Positions 28,201 to 37,800 of a DNA stretch of 64,000 nucleotides are shown piece by piece. Both the position numbers and the translations under genes were made by a program. The stretch's first letter is position 1, and each line of letters opens with the position of its first letter. The notes under the pieces are model-generated. The model searched no databases and was not told the DNA's origin. It saw only the letters and a list, made by a program, of their open reading frames with translations. Source of the stretch: Rhodothermales bacterium (GTDB lineage Bacteria > Bacteroidota > Rhodothermia > Rhodothermales > VXPQ01); assembly GCA_965223485.1 (NCBI GenBank), contig OZ244993.1, positions 1,513,527 to 1,577,526 of the forward strand, given 5' to 3'.

Positions 28201-29989
28201 CCTGCGCGGCGCCGATGACGCGGATCTGCATCGCATCCTGCTCCGAGATCCACTCTGTAGTACCAATCACCCGGAATCGCCCCCCATCCGGCAAGACCCA
28301 ATCGTCTGCCCCCTCGTTATCCGTGTCGTTCGACACCGTCAAAATTACTTCGAATCTGGGATCGGATACACCGATCTCGGCCGTGCCGGACACGACGACA
28401 AAGTAGCGTGTCGAACCCTGCAGGGTCGTGTTGCCGGGGGCGGCGAAGGTATTGACGGCGTTGGCGGTGATCCCGGAGGTCGGATTCGTGAACGTTAAGA
28501 TGGACGCCCCCGGACGAAAGGGGTTCGATTCGAGGCCCGAATAGAGGTTTACCGTAACCTGAGCCCCCGCGTGGTCGCCTACCTTGAGTTCGAGGCTGTC
28601 GAGGCTGTAGGACGTGTAGCCTCCGGTGGTGAACCAAAGGCTATATTGCTTGCCAATCGCGGCGAACGTGCTCGTGCTATCGGGAAATCTTGGGGGCTGC
28701 CCGATGTTGCTGACCAGGGTGACAGGGATCGGCGTGTCGTCGTCGTCCAGGATCGTGCCCTTGGCCGTCGGGTCCGCCGCCAGCTCCGCGTTCGACGACA
28801 CGTTCGACAGCGTCACCGTGAAGGTCTCGTTCTCCTCGTCCGTCATGTCCGCGGTCGTCGCGACCGTGAACGTCTTCTCCGTCTCGCCGGCGGCGAAGGT
28901 CAGCGTCTCCGTCTTCACCGTGAAGTCCGCGTCCGAGGTCGCCGTGTCGCCGGTCTCCACCGAGGTCGCGACGGTCACCGTCACCTCCGCCGCGGCCGCC
29001 GGCGTCAGCCCCACCGTGAAGCTCACCGAGCTGCCCTCGGTCGCATCAGCGTCGGCGATGCTCAGCGTCGGCGGGGCCGCCGCCCGCGTCACGGTCACGT
29101 TGTAGATCATATCGGTTGTGCCGTCCTCGGAGGTGACGAACACTGCGAGGTAGTTGGCGCCCACGTCCAGCTCCACCTGGAAACCGTCCTCCATCGTGTC
29201 AGCGTCCAACAATACACCTTTGCCATAATATAGTACTAGGCTGACCCCCCAGGGGTTGGTCAACGTCCACGTGAACGTCACCTCATCGACGCTGTTGGCC
29301 ACCGCCGCCGTGTACTCGATCGTGTCAGAGGCGAAACCCGTTATCAGCTCGGTACCGCCGCCGGTGACCGACAGCGCACTCAGCGTCGCGTCCCCGATGA
29401 GGGCGTCCTGCCGTCTCAACCTCACGGTGTAGTCCTGCGACGTCGTGCCGTCCTGGGCCGTCACCCTCACCGTGATCTCGTTGACGCCCTCCAGCAGCAT
29501 CACCTGGAAGTCGGGGTCCATGCTCGAGTCTGTCAGCTGGACGGTCTCTTTGAAGTAATGGACCGTCGCTTCGGCGTGGTTCGTCTCCGGCGCGAACGTC
29601 ACCTCGGTGGTGCTGCGGGACACAGACGGCGGGCTGATGTGGTCCTGCGACGGGTAGCTGTGTTGATCCGGCGTGAAGGACACCAGGGTCCGACCGGCCC
29701 CCATGACCGTCCCCCCACTCAGGGTCGCATCCGTCGAGGGTGTCTGCGCTTGCGCCGTGGCGGGGAGCGCGAAGGCGCCCGTGAGCAGGAGCAGCGCCGC
29801 GGCGGCGAGCGCGCGGGCGGAGCGGACGAGGCCGCGCCGCGCGGCCCGGGGGCGCGCGGGACCCGCCGCCCGGCCGGCGGATGCGGCATACGTATAAGGG
29901 GAGGAACCGCCGCCCCGGCGGAGGGGCAGGGGATCGGACGATGGCGCTCGGGCGCTTCCCCGGAACCGGTGCGCAGTCATGACTTCCAT
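22265..29989 (-). CDS. giant T9SS-secreted adhesin-like protein (2574 aa)
   Basis: Domain order: long N-terminus with signal-like AAALLLLTGAFALPATAQA; two cadherin-like beta-sandwich modules; Calx-beta-like module (ADADATEGSSVSFTV...DFTVKTETLTFAAGETEKTF); six to seven cadherin-like/FN3 pairs; DGPPEE(E) linker; CTD near-identical to that of gene 1. Confidence 0.9.
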   Translation of the reverse strand: MEVMTAHRFRGSARAPSSDPLPLRRGGGSSPYTYAASAGRAAGPARPRAARRGLVRSARALAAAALLLLTGAFALPATAQAQTPSTDATLSGGTVMGAGRTLVSFTPDQHSYPSQDHISPPSVSRSTTEVTFAPETNHAEATVHYFKETVQLTDSSMDPDFQVMLLEGVNEITVRVTAQDGTTSQDYTVRLRRQDALIGDATLSALSVTGGGTELITGFASDTIEYTAAVANSVDEVTFTWTLTNPWGVSLVLYYGKGVLLDADTMEDGFQVELDVGANYLAVFVTSEDGTTDMIYNVTVTRAAAPPTLSIADADATEGSSVSFTVGLTPAAAAEVTVTVATSVETGDTATSDADFTVKTETLTFAAGETEKTFTVATTADMTDEENETFTVTLSNVSSNAELAADPTAKGTILDDDDTPIPVTLVSNIGQPPRFPDSTSTFAAIGKQYSLWFTTGGYTSYSLDSLELKVGDHAGAQVTVNLYSGLESNPFRPGASILTFTNPTSGITANAVNTFAAPGNTTLQGSTRYFVVVSGTAEIGVSDPRFEVILTVSNDTDNEGADDWVLPDGGRFRVIGTTEWISEQDAMQIRVIGAAQGTAPPDDEDRPPSFIGPNVLTVEENTTFVGTLMTTTGSCCEILRYGPFDAPDNLFSIVSTGYESAEVNFVNPQSFEQPGPERSYWYTVDVRASLIRFGEAPLHAEQTLFVTVTDVEEQAAKPAEPILEQSPASSTTLRARWATPDLNDGPGSTGFKVQYREGTTGEWTTFGHAGSKERSLIITGLAAETEYQVRMQVETDEIDSDWSEPSDAVSTSAEPEPCTLNAGDAWCSVMGVETTPISVGNEATLFHNETPIGYASPTAWTATEVFSSPFGQLINTDFTFDGTTYTILGISWNWGNNRSPEDNPYQGRQNLHLELDPAPPSSVHDRVGTWTLQLGDDSFSFADDTILLLSPDRESGHFRFNNAYAPDDKDPPASGSVVTVRLNVNAAPSFSSDAAFDAAENQTVAGTVLAADSDADDDVTGYEITGGADEAFFSIGATDGALTFDAAPNYEDAQDIVSVDPANAAGNNQYVVVVTATSGAGTRVKTAAQTITVTVTDVNTEAPGKPAAPTLSSVSTTRLTVTWSAPSNAGPEITDYDYRHRTASPEGAWTEVTNTTIATLSATIGSLAENTSYDVQVRATNDEGTGDWSDSGTGSTAEAANAAPTFSSSATFDAKENQTVAGTVLATDSDSDDSVTGYAITGGADQAFFSIGAISGALTFDAAPNYEDAKDEESNNTYVVTVTATSGAGTRVKTAAQTVTVTVIDVAGEAPGKPAAPAVSAASATSLTVTWTAPSNAGPAITDYDYRHRTTSPEGTWTEVTGTTITTLSATIGSLAENTSYDVQVRATNAEGTGDWSDSGTGSTAEAANAAPTFSSSATFDAAENQTVAGTVLAADSDAGDDVTGYAITGGADQALFEIGATTGALTFKSAPNFEDAKDIVSVDPANAAGNNQYVVVVTATSGAGTRVKTATQTVTVTVTDVSGEAPGKPDAPMVAAASVTSLTVNWSAPSNAGPAITDYDYRHRTTSPEGTWTEVTGTTITTLSATIGSLAENTSYDVQVRATNDEGTGSWSDAGSGATDANAAPVFSSLATISVAENETAAGTVLATDSDADDDVTGYEITGGADQTFFSIGATDGALTFDAAPNFEDAQDSDTDNDYVVTVTATSGAGTRVKTAAQTITVTVTDVAGEAPGKPAAPAVSPAPASATSLSVNWSAPDNAGPAITDYDVQYREGTSGSWTNGNYNGTATTATLTGLSENTSYQVQVRATNAEGTGSWSDAGSGATDANAAPVFSSLATISVAENETAAGTVLATDSDADDDVTGYAITGGEDQAFFSIGATSGALTFNEAPNFEDAKDSDTDNDYVVTVTATSGAGTRVKTATQTVTVTVTDVNTEAPGKPGAPTVSAASTTSLSVNWSAPDNAGPAITDYDVQYREGTSGSWTNGNYNGTATTATLTGLSENTSYQVQVRATNAEDTGSWSDAGSGATDANAAPMPQDLQAEPVGGSSTSVTVTWRAPEGGSAITGYDVQYRAGASGSWSNWDHTGTATTATITGLEANTAYQVQVRALSAMGPSPWTALANVRTNTPPEADAPTISSLEVRSWPQRDGYEDVYGFGDIIVFTLTWSEKVRVTSQLALAFDLGGTGREARYWGLTDTDYVRGAPPPRPRPEGVKLHFGYTVKPGDRDDDGVAVRSDAIRLGGARIRSAATGVDADLSHAALGPQSGHKVDVGTTQPAAGSGVTIVDTDGNPLAGYRLVIRESTRGRYGLKLNTRPTHTVHLRGIQFDGDEDLRVLPTHTVLPIAPDEWEMPIWMEIRAAPDDDAADGERIFLNHVHSRDPSYNGLILPDVLVVEEDDDAGSLSVADAEATDSEDATLDGPPEEEDGPPEEDGPPEEEDGPPEEDGPPEEDGPPEEEDGPPEEDGPPEEDNVYHLHTVAVESEELPDRVALMVNYPNPFNPSTGIVYELPEPGPVRLVVYDMIGREVRVLVDAHRTAGRHTVRFDAEGLPTGTYAYVLTAGSVAITRVMVLVR
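22577..22730. repeat. 18/21-bp tandem repeats encoding (DGPPEE/DGPPEEE)n linker
   Basis: GTCTTCTTC(TTC)CGGCGGTCC is reiterated about 8 times. Confidence 0.9.
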
Positions 29990-30022
29990 GAACTCGACGC
30001 TCGAATCGGAAGTCGCAGGGCC

Positions 30023-30077
<55 letters not shown>

Positions 30078-30285
30078 GGATTTTATTGTTGGTCATGGCG
30101 CGTCAGCAATCACAGGCTTCAAAGAAACCTTAAATTATTAATCCATCATCGTATGGATCATGAAAAAGCCAAGGAAGGAAAGAACAAGCGAGGTGCTCAA
30201 CCTGTCCAGCTGTCCAGTCAATCAGAATCCGGTTCATATATACGAGTTCTGATCTAAAAAATCAAATGGCTATACAAAAGCGTCT

Positions 30286-30333
30286 AAAAATATAATATAA
30301 AGACAGCGCTTGTAACAAGCCGGAAAGAACGCC
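30286..30333 (-). promoter_or_regulatory. candidate promoter of giant gene 2 (paralogue of 22003-22046)
   Basis: The minus strand reads CGGCGTTCTTTCCGGCTTGTTACAAGCGCTGTCTTTATATTATATTTTTAG. It lies about 300 nt upstream of the ATG, which implies a long AT-rich leader containing the (GA)24 tract. Confidence 0.3.
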
Positions 30334-30485
30334 GTCACGTTCTCCGCGGCCGCTTCCGACAGCGTCACCGTTAAGTTGCGGCCCTGCGGATCCCGTGCAC
30401 CCGATTGTCGTAGTACGGAAGGGCTTGCGGAAACGTCTGGAGGTACGTAAAAACTCCGGCGAAAACGCTGCACGTCCATGGCCCT

Positions 30486-30569
30486 GCCCGGGTGGCGGAA
30501 TTGGTAGACGCGTCGGACTCAAAATCCGATGGCCTTCGGGTCTTGTGGGTTCGAGTCCCACCCCGGGTA
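30486..30569 (+). tRNA. tRNA-Leu (anticodon CAA)
   Basis: Hand-folded cloverleaf. Acceptor GCCCGGG/CCCGGGT, anticodon arm TCGGA-CTCAAAA-TCCGA, long variable arm, T arm GTGGG-TTCGAGT-CCCAC, discriminator A. No encoded CCA. Confidence 0.9.
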
Positions 30570-30790
30570 CGGAACTATTCTTTCGAAGTGCTGATTCGCA
30601 ATGGGTTAGCGCTCCGTTTCTTGATCTTGTCCGTCTTGCCCGGCCTTTTCGGCGCTGAAAACGTGCTGGCTGTCGGCCTGGGAGCCTCTCCGGCGCCAAC
30701 GGCATGGTCGTAGCCGACTACGACTGCGATGGCGGCCTTAATTCGTATTTTGCCTTCCCGCTCACCTGAAAACCTGAACCTCTCTCTACT

Positions 30791-31264
30791 ATGAAAACTC
30801 CACGTCTGTATCCCCTGCCCATGCTTCTCGGTTTGGCCCTGGCCTTTATGGTTGGCGCCATGTTCGCCGGGCAACCGGTCGATCCGATTCCTTCCAGTGT
30901 TATGTCCGAGGAAGAAGCCCTGAAAGAAGAGTTCGAATGGGGCGCGTTCTATACCTATCATCAGGGCGAGACCTACGGCACGAAAGATGTCCTCACCGGC
31001 GTAGCCGTCATCAAATCGGGCTGGGAGATACACCCGCCGCATCGGCATGCCGAAGAAGAATACATGATAGTCACAGAGGGGCAGGGCGTCTGGCGTCTCA
31101 ACGGCGAGGATTTCGAAGCCGGGAAAGGAGACATGCTGTATGCTGCTCCGTGGGATATACACGGGGTCAGGAACACGGGCGACGAGCCGCTGACTTTTTG
31201 GGTGTGGAAGTGGAACAACAAGGGCGTTGCCCTGCCGGAGGCGGCGTCGGACGAGCGGGACTGA
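30791..31264 (+). CDS. secreted cupin-domain protein
   Basis: Signal peptide (LLGLALAFMVGAMFA) and cupin motifs HPPHRHAEEEYMIV...GD and PWDIHGVRNTG. Confidence 0.8.
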   Translation: MKTPRLYPLPMLLGLALAFMVGAMFAGQPVDPIPSSVMSEEEALKEEFEWGAFYTYHQGETYGTKDVLTGVAVIKSGWEIHPPHRHAEEEYMIVTEGQGVWRLNGEDFEAGKGDMLYAAPWDIHGVRNTGDEPLTFWVWKWNNKGVALPEAASDERD

Positions 31265-31395
31265 GGCTTGTCTCATTCTCGGCGCCGACGACCTGCTCGC
31301 AGACTAGAAAACGACAGCAAATTGGCACTAAAATGACACGAGTTTGGCACTAAATGACTGAGATGGAAAACAGTTAGCTTTACAAATGGCCAAGG

Positions 31396-31866
31396 CTATG
31401 CCGTTTTGTCACGCCGGTGCGGCAGATAGTGATCGCCCGGTTTCGGATTGCTCGGATGCGTCGGCCCGAAAATCGCGACCGAGACGCCCGAATAATGATC
31501 CTGCTTCACCAGATCCACGACCGCGTCGGTCAGATCGACCTCGGCGTAGAGCGTCTCGCGCATAGCCACGTTGCATAAGCCGCCCAAGGATGCGGCCGAG
31601 GGTCTGGCGCGGCACATCTGCACCTTATGTTTGCGCGCAAACATAAGGTGCGCTGGCTCGCCACCGCTTATAGGCAACCGCATCCCCTTCCGAATTCCGG
31701 AGCGCGTATTTATCCACGCAGGCATCGACGACTGATTGCACATCCTGCACCGCCCGGTAGAATTGATATTTACGTTTCCGTCGGGTATCATTGAATCACA
31801 AATACCACATAAGGTGTATACCTTCATCGTCGCTGTAGTTCTACCTCCAGGACTCACCAGGTGCAT
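31396..31866 (-). CDS. hypothetical protein (weak call)
   Basis: This is the only long ORF in an AT-richer spacer, and no family was recognised. It is traversed by a perfect 30-bp palindrome, so it may not be a real gene. Confidence 0.25.
   Translation of the reverse strand: MHLVSPGGRTTATMKVYTLCGICDSMIPDGNVNINSTGRCRMCNQSSMPAWINTRSGIRKGMRLPISGGEPAHLMFARKHKVQMCRARPSAASLGGLCNVAMRETLYAEVDLTDAVVDLVKQDHYSGVSVAIFGPTHPSNPKPGDHYLPHRRDKTA
31621..31650. repeat. perfect 30-bp palindrome
   Basis: CACCTTATGTTTGCG|CGCAAACATAAGGTG is exactly self-complementary. Confidence 0.95.
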
Positions 31867-31877
31867 TTCCCCCTCTC

Positions 31878-34800
31878 ATGCACGGCGCTTCTCTTCGGTG
31901 GATTGGAACGCTAAACACGGCGGGAAAATCCGGTATGCGTTCGGGATTTATCTGCCGCTCCGGCGCCATAGCCGGGCGCATGGCGTGCATACTTGCCGCC
32001 GCGTTGCTGGCATGTGCGTCTTCGGCGCACAGTCAGATCATTGAGGAAGGCGGGTTTCCCGTGAAGGGCGGGGGCGTTTCGGGCGAGCCGTTTTCCTTGT
32101 CTTGTCCACCTCGTCTTTATGTTGAAGCAGGGGAATCCGTTCTGTTTTCGTGTTCTGCGACAGCGGTACCCGAGGAGGGCGTTCGCTACGCATGGGAGTC
32201 GCTCTCGGGTGATGGGCTCCGTCTTTTGAGCAATGCGCACGAGCTTTCGCCGCTGTTCACGGCTCCTGTGTCGGAGGCAGGCGCGGAATACGTCTACCGC
32301 CTGACGGCTATGTCTGCGGGCGTGTACGAGACGGCGACGGTGACGGTTGTGGCCCGCGGCGTTTCGGGTGGTTCTGTTCAGGACAGAGGCAAGTCGCCGG
32401 GTTTGCTGGAGGGGTGCGATTCGTTTGGGGGGCTTGAGGGGTTTCGGGAAGGTTGCGCTGCGGAGGATAAGATGCCGCCGTCCTTCGAGCCTTTCGAGGA
32501 CGGCCTTGAAGGGGAAGGCGGTCCAGGATTTCTTTTCCCGGAAGCGCCCGGCCTGCCTGATCGGCCTTCCGGTCCTGTTCGGGGCGGCGGGTTGGGTCGT
32601 CAGACGCCTCCCTATCTGGATTGTCCTGTGGCGGTGTTTCTGGAGGAACTGGAGATAGGTTCGATCGAGTGTCACGTATCGGATGCCCTGGGGGAGGAGT
32701 TTCTGGAGTACATGTGGGAGCCGGTGGGCAGTACGACGCGGGACTATCTGGACAATCCCAGATTGATCCCGGAGGACAGCCCGACTCCATCGGTGATCGC
32801 TCCGGAGGCTCCCCGTTACGATACGCTGGAGTCGTTCCGTTCCGGGGAGACGACGTTTCGTTACCGGTACCGATTGACGGCGACGTCTCGTGCTACGGGT
32901 CTTTCGTCGTTCTCCGAGGTGGAGGTGTATGTGTCGAGCAGCCGTCCGAGTGTGTATTGTCCGTTGGAGGTAGTGGTTGAAGAGGGCGAGACGACTCAGC
33001 TCGATTGCAAGGGGGTAGATCCGCTGTCGGCTCGTATGGACTACGACGAGGACGGCGCGTCGATCGAATGGGAGTGGGAGGGTCTGTGGGGAACGAGCAC
33101 GGGGCTGCTCGATGCGACGGACAGATCGTCTGCGTTGTTTACGGCTCCGCCCGGCAGCGCGGGCGAGGAGTACCATTACATAGCGAGCATGACGTCTTCG
33201 GCTTCGGGGGCGCCCCGCACGGCAAGGCGGAGGGTGACGGTCAGGGTTACCGGGGCAGAAGAAGGGGCGCAGGCCGCTGCGGATGATTCGGCGCTGATGT
33301 TCAAAGGAAGTGCACCGGTCGTCACTTGCAATGATGCCGAGATATACGAAGCCACGGCTGATTTTACGTTGGACTGTTCGGTGACAGATGAGCCGACGGG
33401 CGCTACGTACGCGTGGACGGCTCGGGGCAGTACCGCAAATACGGACGACTTGAGCAGCACGACTATCCTGAAACCGATGTTTTCTGTGCCGACTGACATT
33501 AATGAGTCGGATGATGCAGATAAGGACTACGAATACACGGTGACGCTGTCTGCTTCGGGCATCACTGATGTCACCGAGGATGTAAAAGTAACAGTTCTGG
33601 AGAAGCCGGATATCGACTGTGGCAATGATGGCGTATTCAACTATTGGTACCTATCCAGCACACTTGAAGGTAACAGCGATACGGAAATATTCACTGGTTG
33701 TCTGGAAGAATGGCACGGCGCACCTGCCGGTTCCAACTACACGTTCGCATGGGCGGCTCGGGGCAGTACGCCGAACACGGACCTGCTTAGCGCAACGAAC
33801 ATAGAATCTCCGATATTTTACACACCGGATGCGGTGGACGAGGACGAGATGTACGAGTATACGTTGACAGTGAGCACAGAGAGCACAGAGAACGTGGATG
33901 ACTTTACACTCGATGTCACTGTAACCGTTGAGAATCGGAACAGGCCTTATATCATAGTCACATGCGAAGACAGCCCCTACGAGGTGGACGAGAGTGATGT
34001 CGACATTGATTTTGCTTGCGAGGCGTCCGGTGCGCCAGGGGACGATCCGGACTATACATGGTCATGGTCACCGAATACCAACCTGACGGGTCACGATACC
34101 GACACACCCACGTTCGACGTGCCTGCCGATGTAGATCAGGATACGACCTGGACGTACACGGTAACGGCAACGGCGGACAATGCGGACGATGGCGCCGCAA
34201 CGGTAACAGTGACGGTGCGCGACACGGATTCGACGGACCCTGTTATCACATGCAATGATTCCGAGGTATACGAGGGCACGGCTGATTTTACGCTGGACTG
34301 CGAGGTGACGAACGAGCCGACAGGCGCTACGTACGTGTGGGCGGTACGGGGCAGTACGTCGGATACGGACGATTTAAGCAGCACGACCATCCTGAAACCG
34401 ACGTTCGATGTGCCGGACGATATAGATGAGCTGAACGGGGCGGATAAGGACTACGACTACACCGTTACGATGTCAGCTTCGGGTATCTCTGACATTACCG
34501 CCGATGTTACCGTGACGGTTCTGGAGAAGCCGGATATCGTTTGCTTGGCAGCATCAGAAACGCCAAACCGTTTTCTTGTAAAATGGGGTTTTTATGAAAG
34601 CCGCCCGGATTTTCCATTAAACGCTTGTCCGGGTGGGTGGACAGGTGCGCCTGCCGGTTCCGACTACACATATGCATGGACGGCTCGTGGCGGTACGCCG
34701 GATACGCGCCTGCTTAGCGCGACGAACATAGAAGTTCCGACGTTTGCCTTACCGGATGCGGTGGACAAGGAGGAGACGTACGAATACACGCTGACAGTGA

Positions 34801-37800
34801 GCGCAGAGAACGCGGATGACGCTTTGGCGCGGGTTGAGGTGACAGTGTGGGACAGGCCTGATATAACGGTCACATGTGAAAACAGCCCCTACGAGGTGGA
34901 CGAGAGTGATGTCGACATTGATTTTGCTTGCGAGGCGTCCGGTGCGCCGGGGAGCGATCCGCAGTATACGTGGTCTTGGTCACCGACCGCCAATCTGACG
35001 GGTCACGATACCGACACACCCACGTTCGACGTGCCTGCCGATGTAGATCAGGATACGACCTATACGTACACGGTAACGGCAACGGCGGACAATGCGGACG
35101 ATGGCGCCGCAACGGTAACAGTGACGGTGCGCGATACGGATTCGACGGACCCTGTTATCACATGCAATGATTCCGAGGTATACGAGGGCACGGCTGATTT
35201 TACGCTGGACTGCGAGGTGGAAAATCCGCCGGACAATGCTGTCTATTCATGGACGGCGAATACGTCGGGCGCACCCGCATTGACCGGCGATACGAGCACA
35301 CTTACCCCGACGTTTACGGCGCCCGCTTCGTATGTGCCTTCTTCTCCGCAGGACAGCCGCAAAGCCTACGCGTACGAGGTGACGCTGTCGGCTTCGGGCA
35401 TTGCCGATGTCACCGAGCAGGTTACACTGACGGTGAAAGACAAGGACATTCTTTGTTGGGCGTGGTCGGACAATACGCCCTTTGTTACTTATAGGCGTGC
35501 CCAGGGTTTTTCTGAGGGAGAGGACTCTCGCCAAATCAACCTTTGTCGCGCCGGCGTGTCCGGTCCGGGTCCATATTGGTATGCGTGGAGGGTCCGCAGC
35601 GATTCGTATGCGCCGGAGACAGCCCTTTCGCTTTTGAGTCATACGGACAGCCGAGACCCTTATTTTTCTGCGCCGGATGACATTGTTGAGAATCAAACCT
35701 ACCGATACGATGTCACGATATCCTCTGCGGAAGGGAATCCCTTTGCAATAGGGGTTTATGTGACGGTTTACGATGGTCCGGATGTTGATATCACATGCGA
35801 AGACAGCCCCTACGAGGTGGACGAGAGTGATGCCGACATTGATTTTGCTTGCGAGGCGTCCGGTGCGCCGGGGAGTGATCCGCAGTATACGTGGTCCTGG
35901 TCACCGACCACCAACCTGACGGATCACCATACCGACACGCCCACGTTCGACGTGCCGGGCGATGTAGATCAGGATACGACCTATACGTACACGGTGACGG
36001 CGAGCGCGGCGAATGCGGATGATGGGACCGCCAGTGTTACGGTAACGGTGCGCGACACGGATTCGGCGGGGTCAGAGCCGGTTATCACCTGCAATGATTC
36101 CGAGGTATACGAGGGCACGGCTGATTTCACGCTGGACTGTTCGGCGCAGAACGAGCCGACGGGCGCAACCTACGGTTGGACGGGTACGGACGTTGACGAT
36201 CGGTTGACCGGCACGGGCAGCCTCACGCCAACGTTCGACGTGCCGGACAACGTGGATTCGGACACGGACTACGATTACACGGTGACGATGACGTCCGGGG
36301 GCTCCGAGGTGGCCAGCGCCGATGTCACTGTGACCGTGAAGGAGAAGCCGGATATATATTGTCCTGCACCAACGGTTGCATTCGCCTTGTATGCAGGTGG
36401 CCCGGATGAGCCGTTACTCGTTTGTGAAGATGGATGGAAAGGCGCGCCTGTCGGTTCCGACTACGCGTACGTATGGACGGCGCGCGGCGATACGCCGGAC
36501 ACGGCGCTTCTTAGCGCTGCGGACATCGCTTCTCCGACGTTCTACGTGCCGGACGAGGTGGACGGGACGACGGCGTACGAGTACCTGCTTACGGCCAGCG
36601 CGGAGAATGCGGAGTCCGGTTCGGCAGCGGTAACGGTGACGGTGTTGAATGCGGGAGCGTTGCACGTGGTATGCACGGATCCGCCTTCGGTGTATGAAGG
36701 CTCGGCTCCCTTCGACCTGGACTGCACGGCTTCGGGCGCTCCGGCGGGTTCCGACTACGAATACGCCTGGACGGCGCGGGGCGACACGCCGGACACGGAC
36801 CTGCTTATAGCGGGCACGGACGGTCCCACCCCGACGTTTGCGGTGCCGGATGAGGTGGACGCGACCACCACGTACGAGTACCTTTTGACGGTCAGTGCGG
36901 AGAATGCGGAAGACGGTTCGGCAGAGGTAACGGTGACGGTGCTTAAGCAAGGTGCGCTGTACGCGGTATGCGCGGATCCGCCTCCGGTGTATGAAGGCTC
37001 TGAGGACTTCGACCTGGACTGCTCGGCTTCGGGCGCCCCGGCGGGCTCCGACTACGAATACGCCTGGACGGCGCGGGGCACGACGGCGAACACGGCGCTG
37101 CTTATAGCGGGCACGGACGGTCCCACCCCGACGTTTGCGGTGCCGGATGAGGTGGACGCGACCACCACGTACGAGTACCTTTTGACGGTCAGTGCGGAGA
37201 ATGCGGAAGACGGTTCGGCAGAGGTAACGGTGACGGTGCTTAAGCAAGGTGCGCTGTACGCGGTATGCGCGGATCCGCCTCCGGTGTATGAAGGCTCTGA
37301 GGACTTCGACCTGGACTGCTCGGCTTCGGGCGCCCCGGCGGGCTCCGACTACGAATACGCCTGGACGGCGCGGGGCACGACGGCGAACACGGCGCTGCTT
37401 ATAGCGGGCACGGACGGTCCCACCCCGACGTTTGCGGTGCCGGATGAGGTGGACGCGACCACCACGTACGAGTACCTTTTGACGGTCAGTGCGGAGAATG
37501 CGGAAGACGGTTCGGCAGAGGTAACGGTGACGGTGCTTAAGCAAGGTGCGCTGTACGCGGTATGCGCGGATCCGCCTCCGGTGTATGAAGGCTCTGAGGA
37601 CTTCGACCTGGACTGCTCGGCTTCGGGCGCCCCGGCGGGCTCCGACTACGAATACGCCTGGACGGCGCGGGGCACGACGGCGAACACGGCGCTGCTTATA
37701 GCGGGCACGGACGGTCCCACCCCGACGTTTGCGGTGCCGGATGAGGTGGACGCGACCACCACGTACGAGTACCTTTTGACGGTCAGTGCGGAGAATGCGG

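Noticed and set aside
30262-30705. 147-aa minus-strand ORF across the tRNA region (and 30575-31276 -)
   Set aside because: It overlaps the hand-folded tRNA-Leu and the cupin gene on the opposite strand, and has no motifs.
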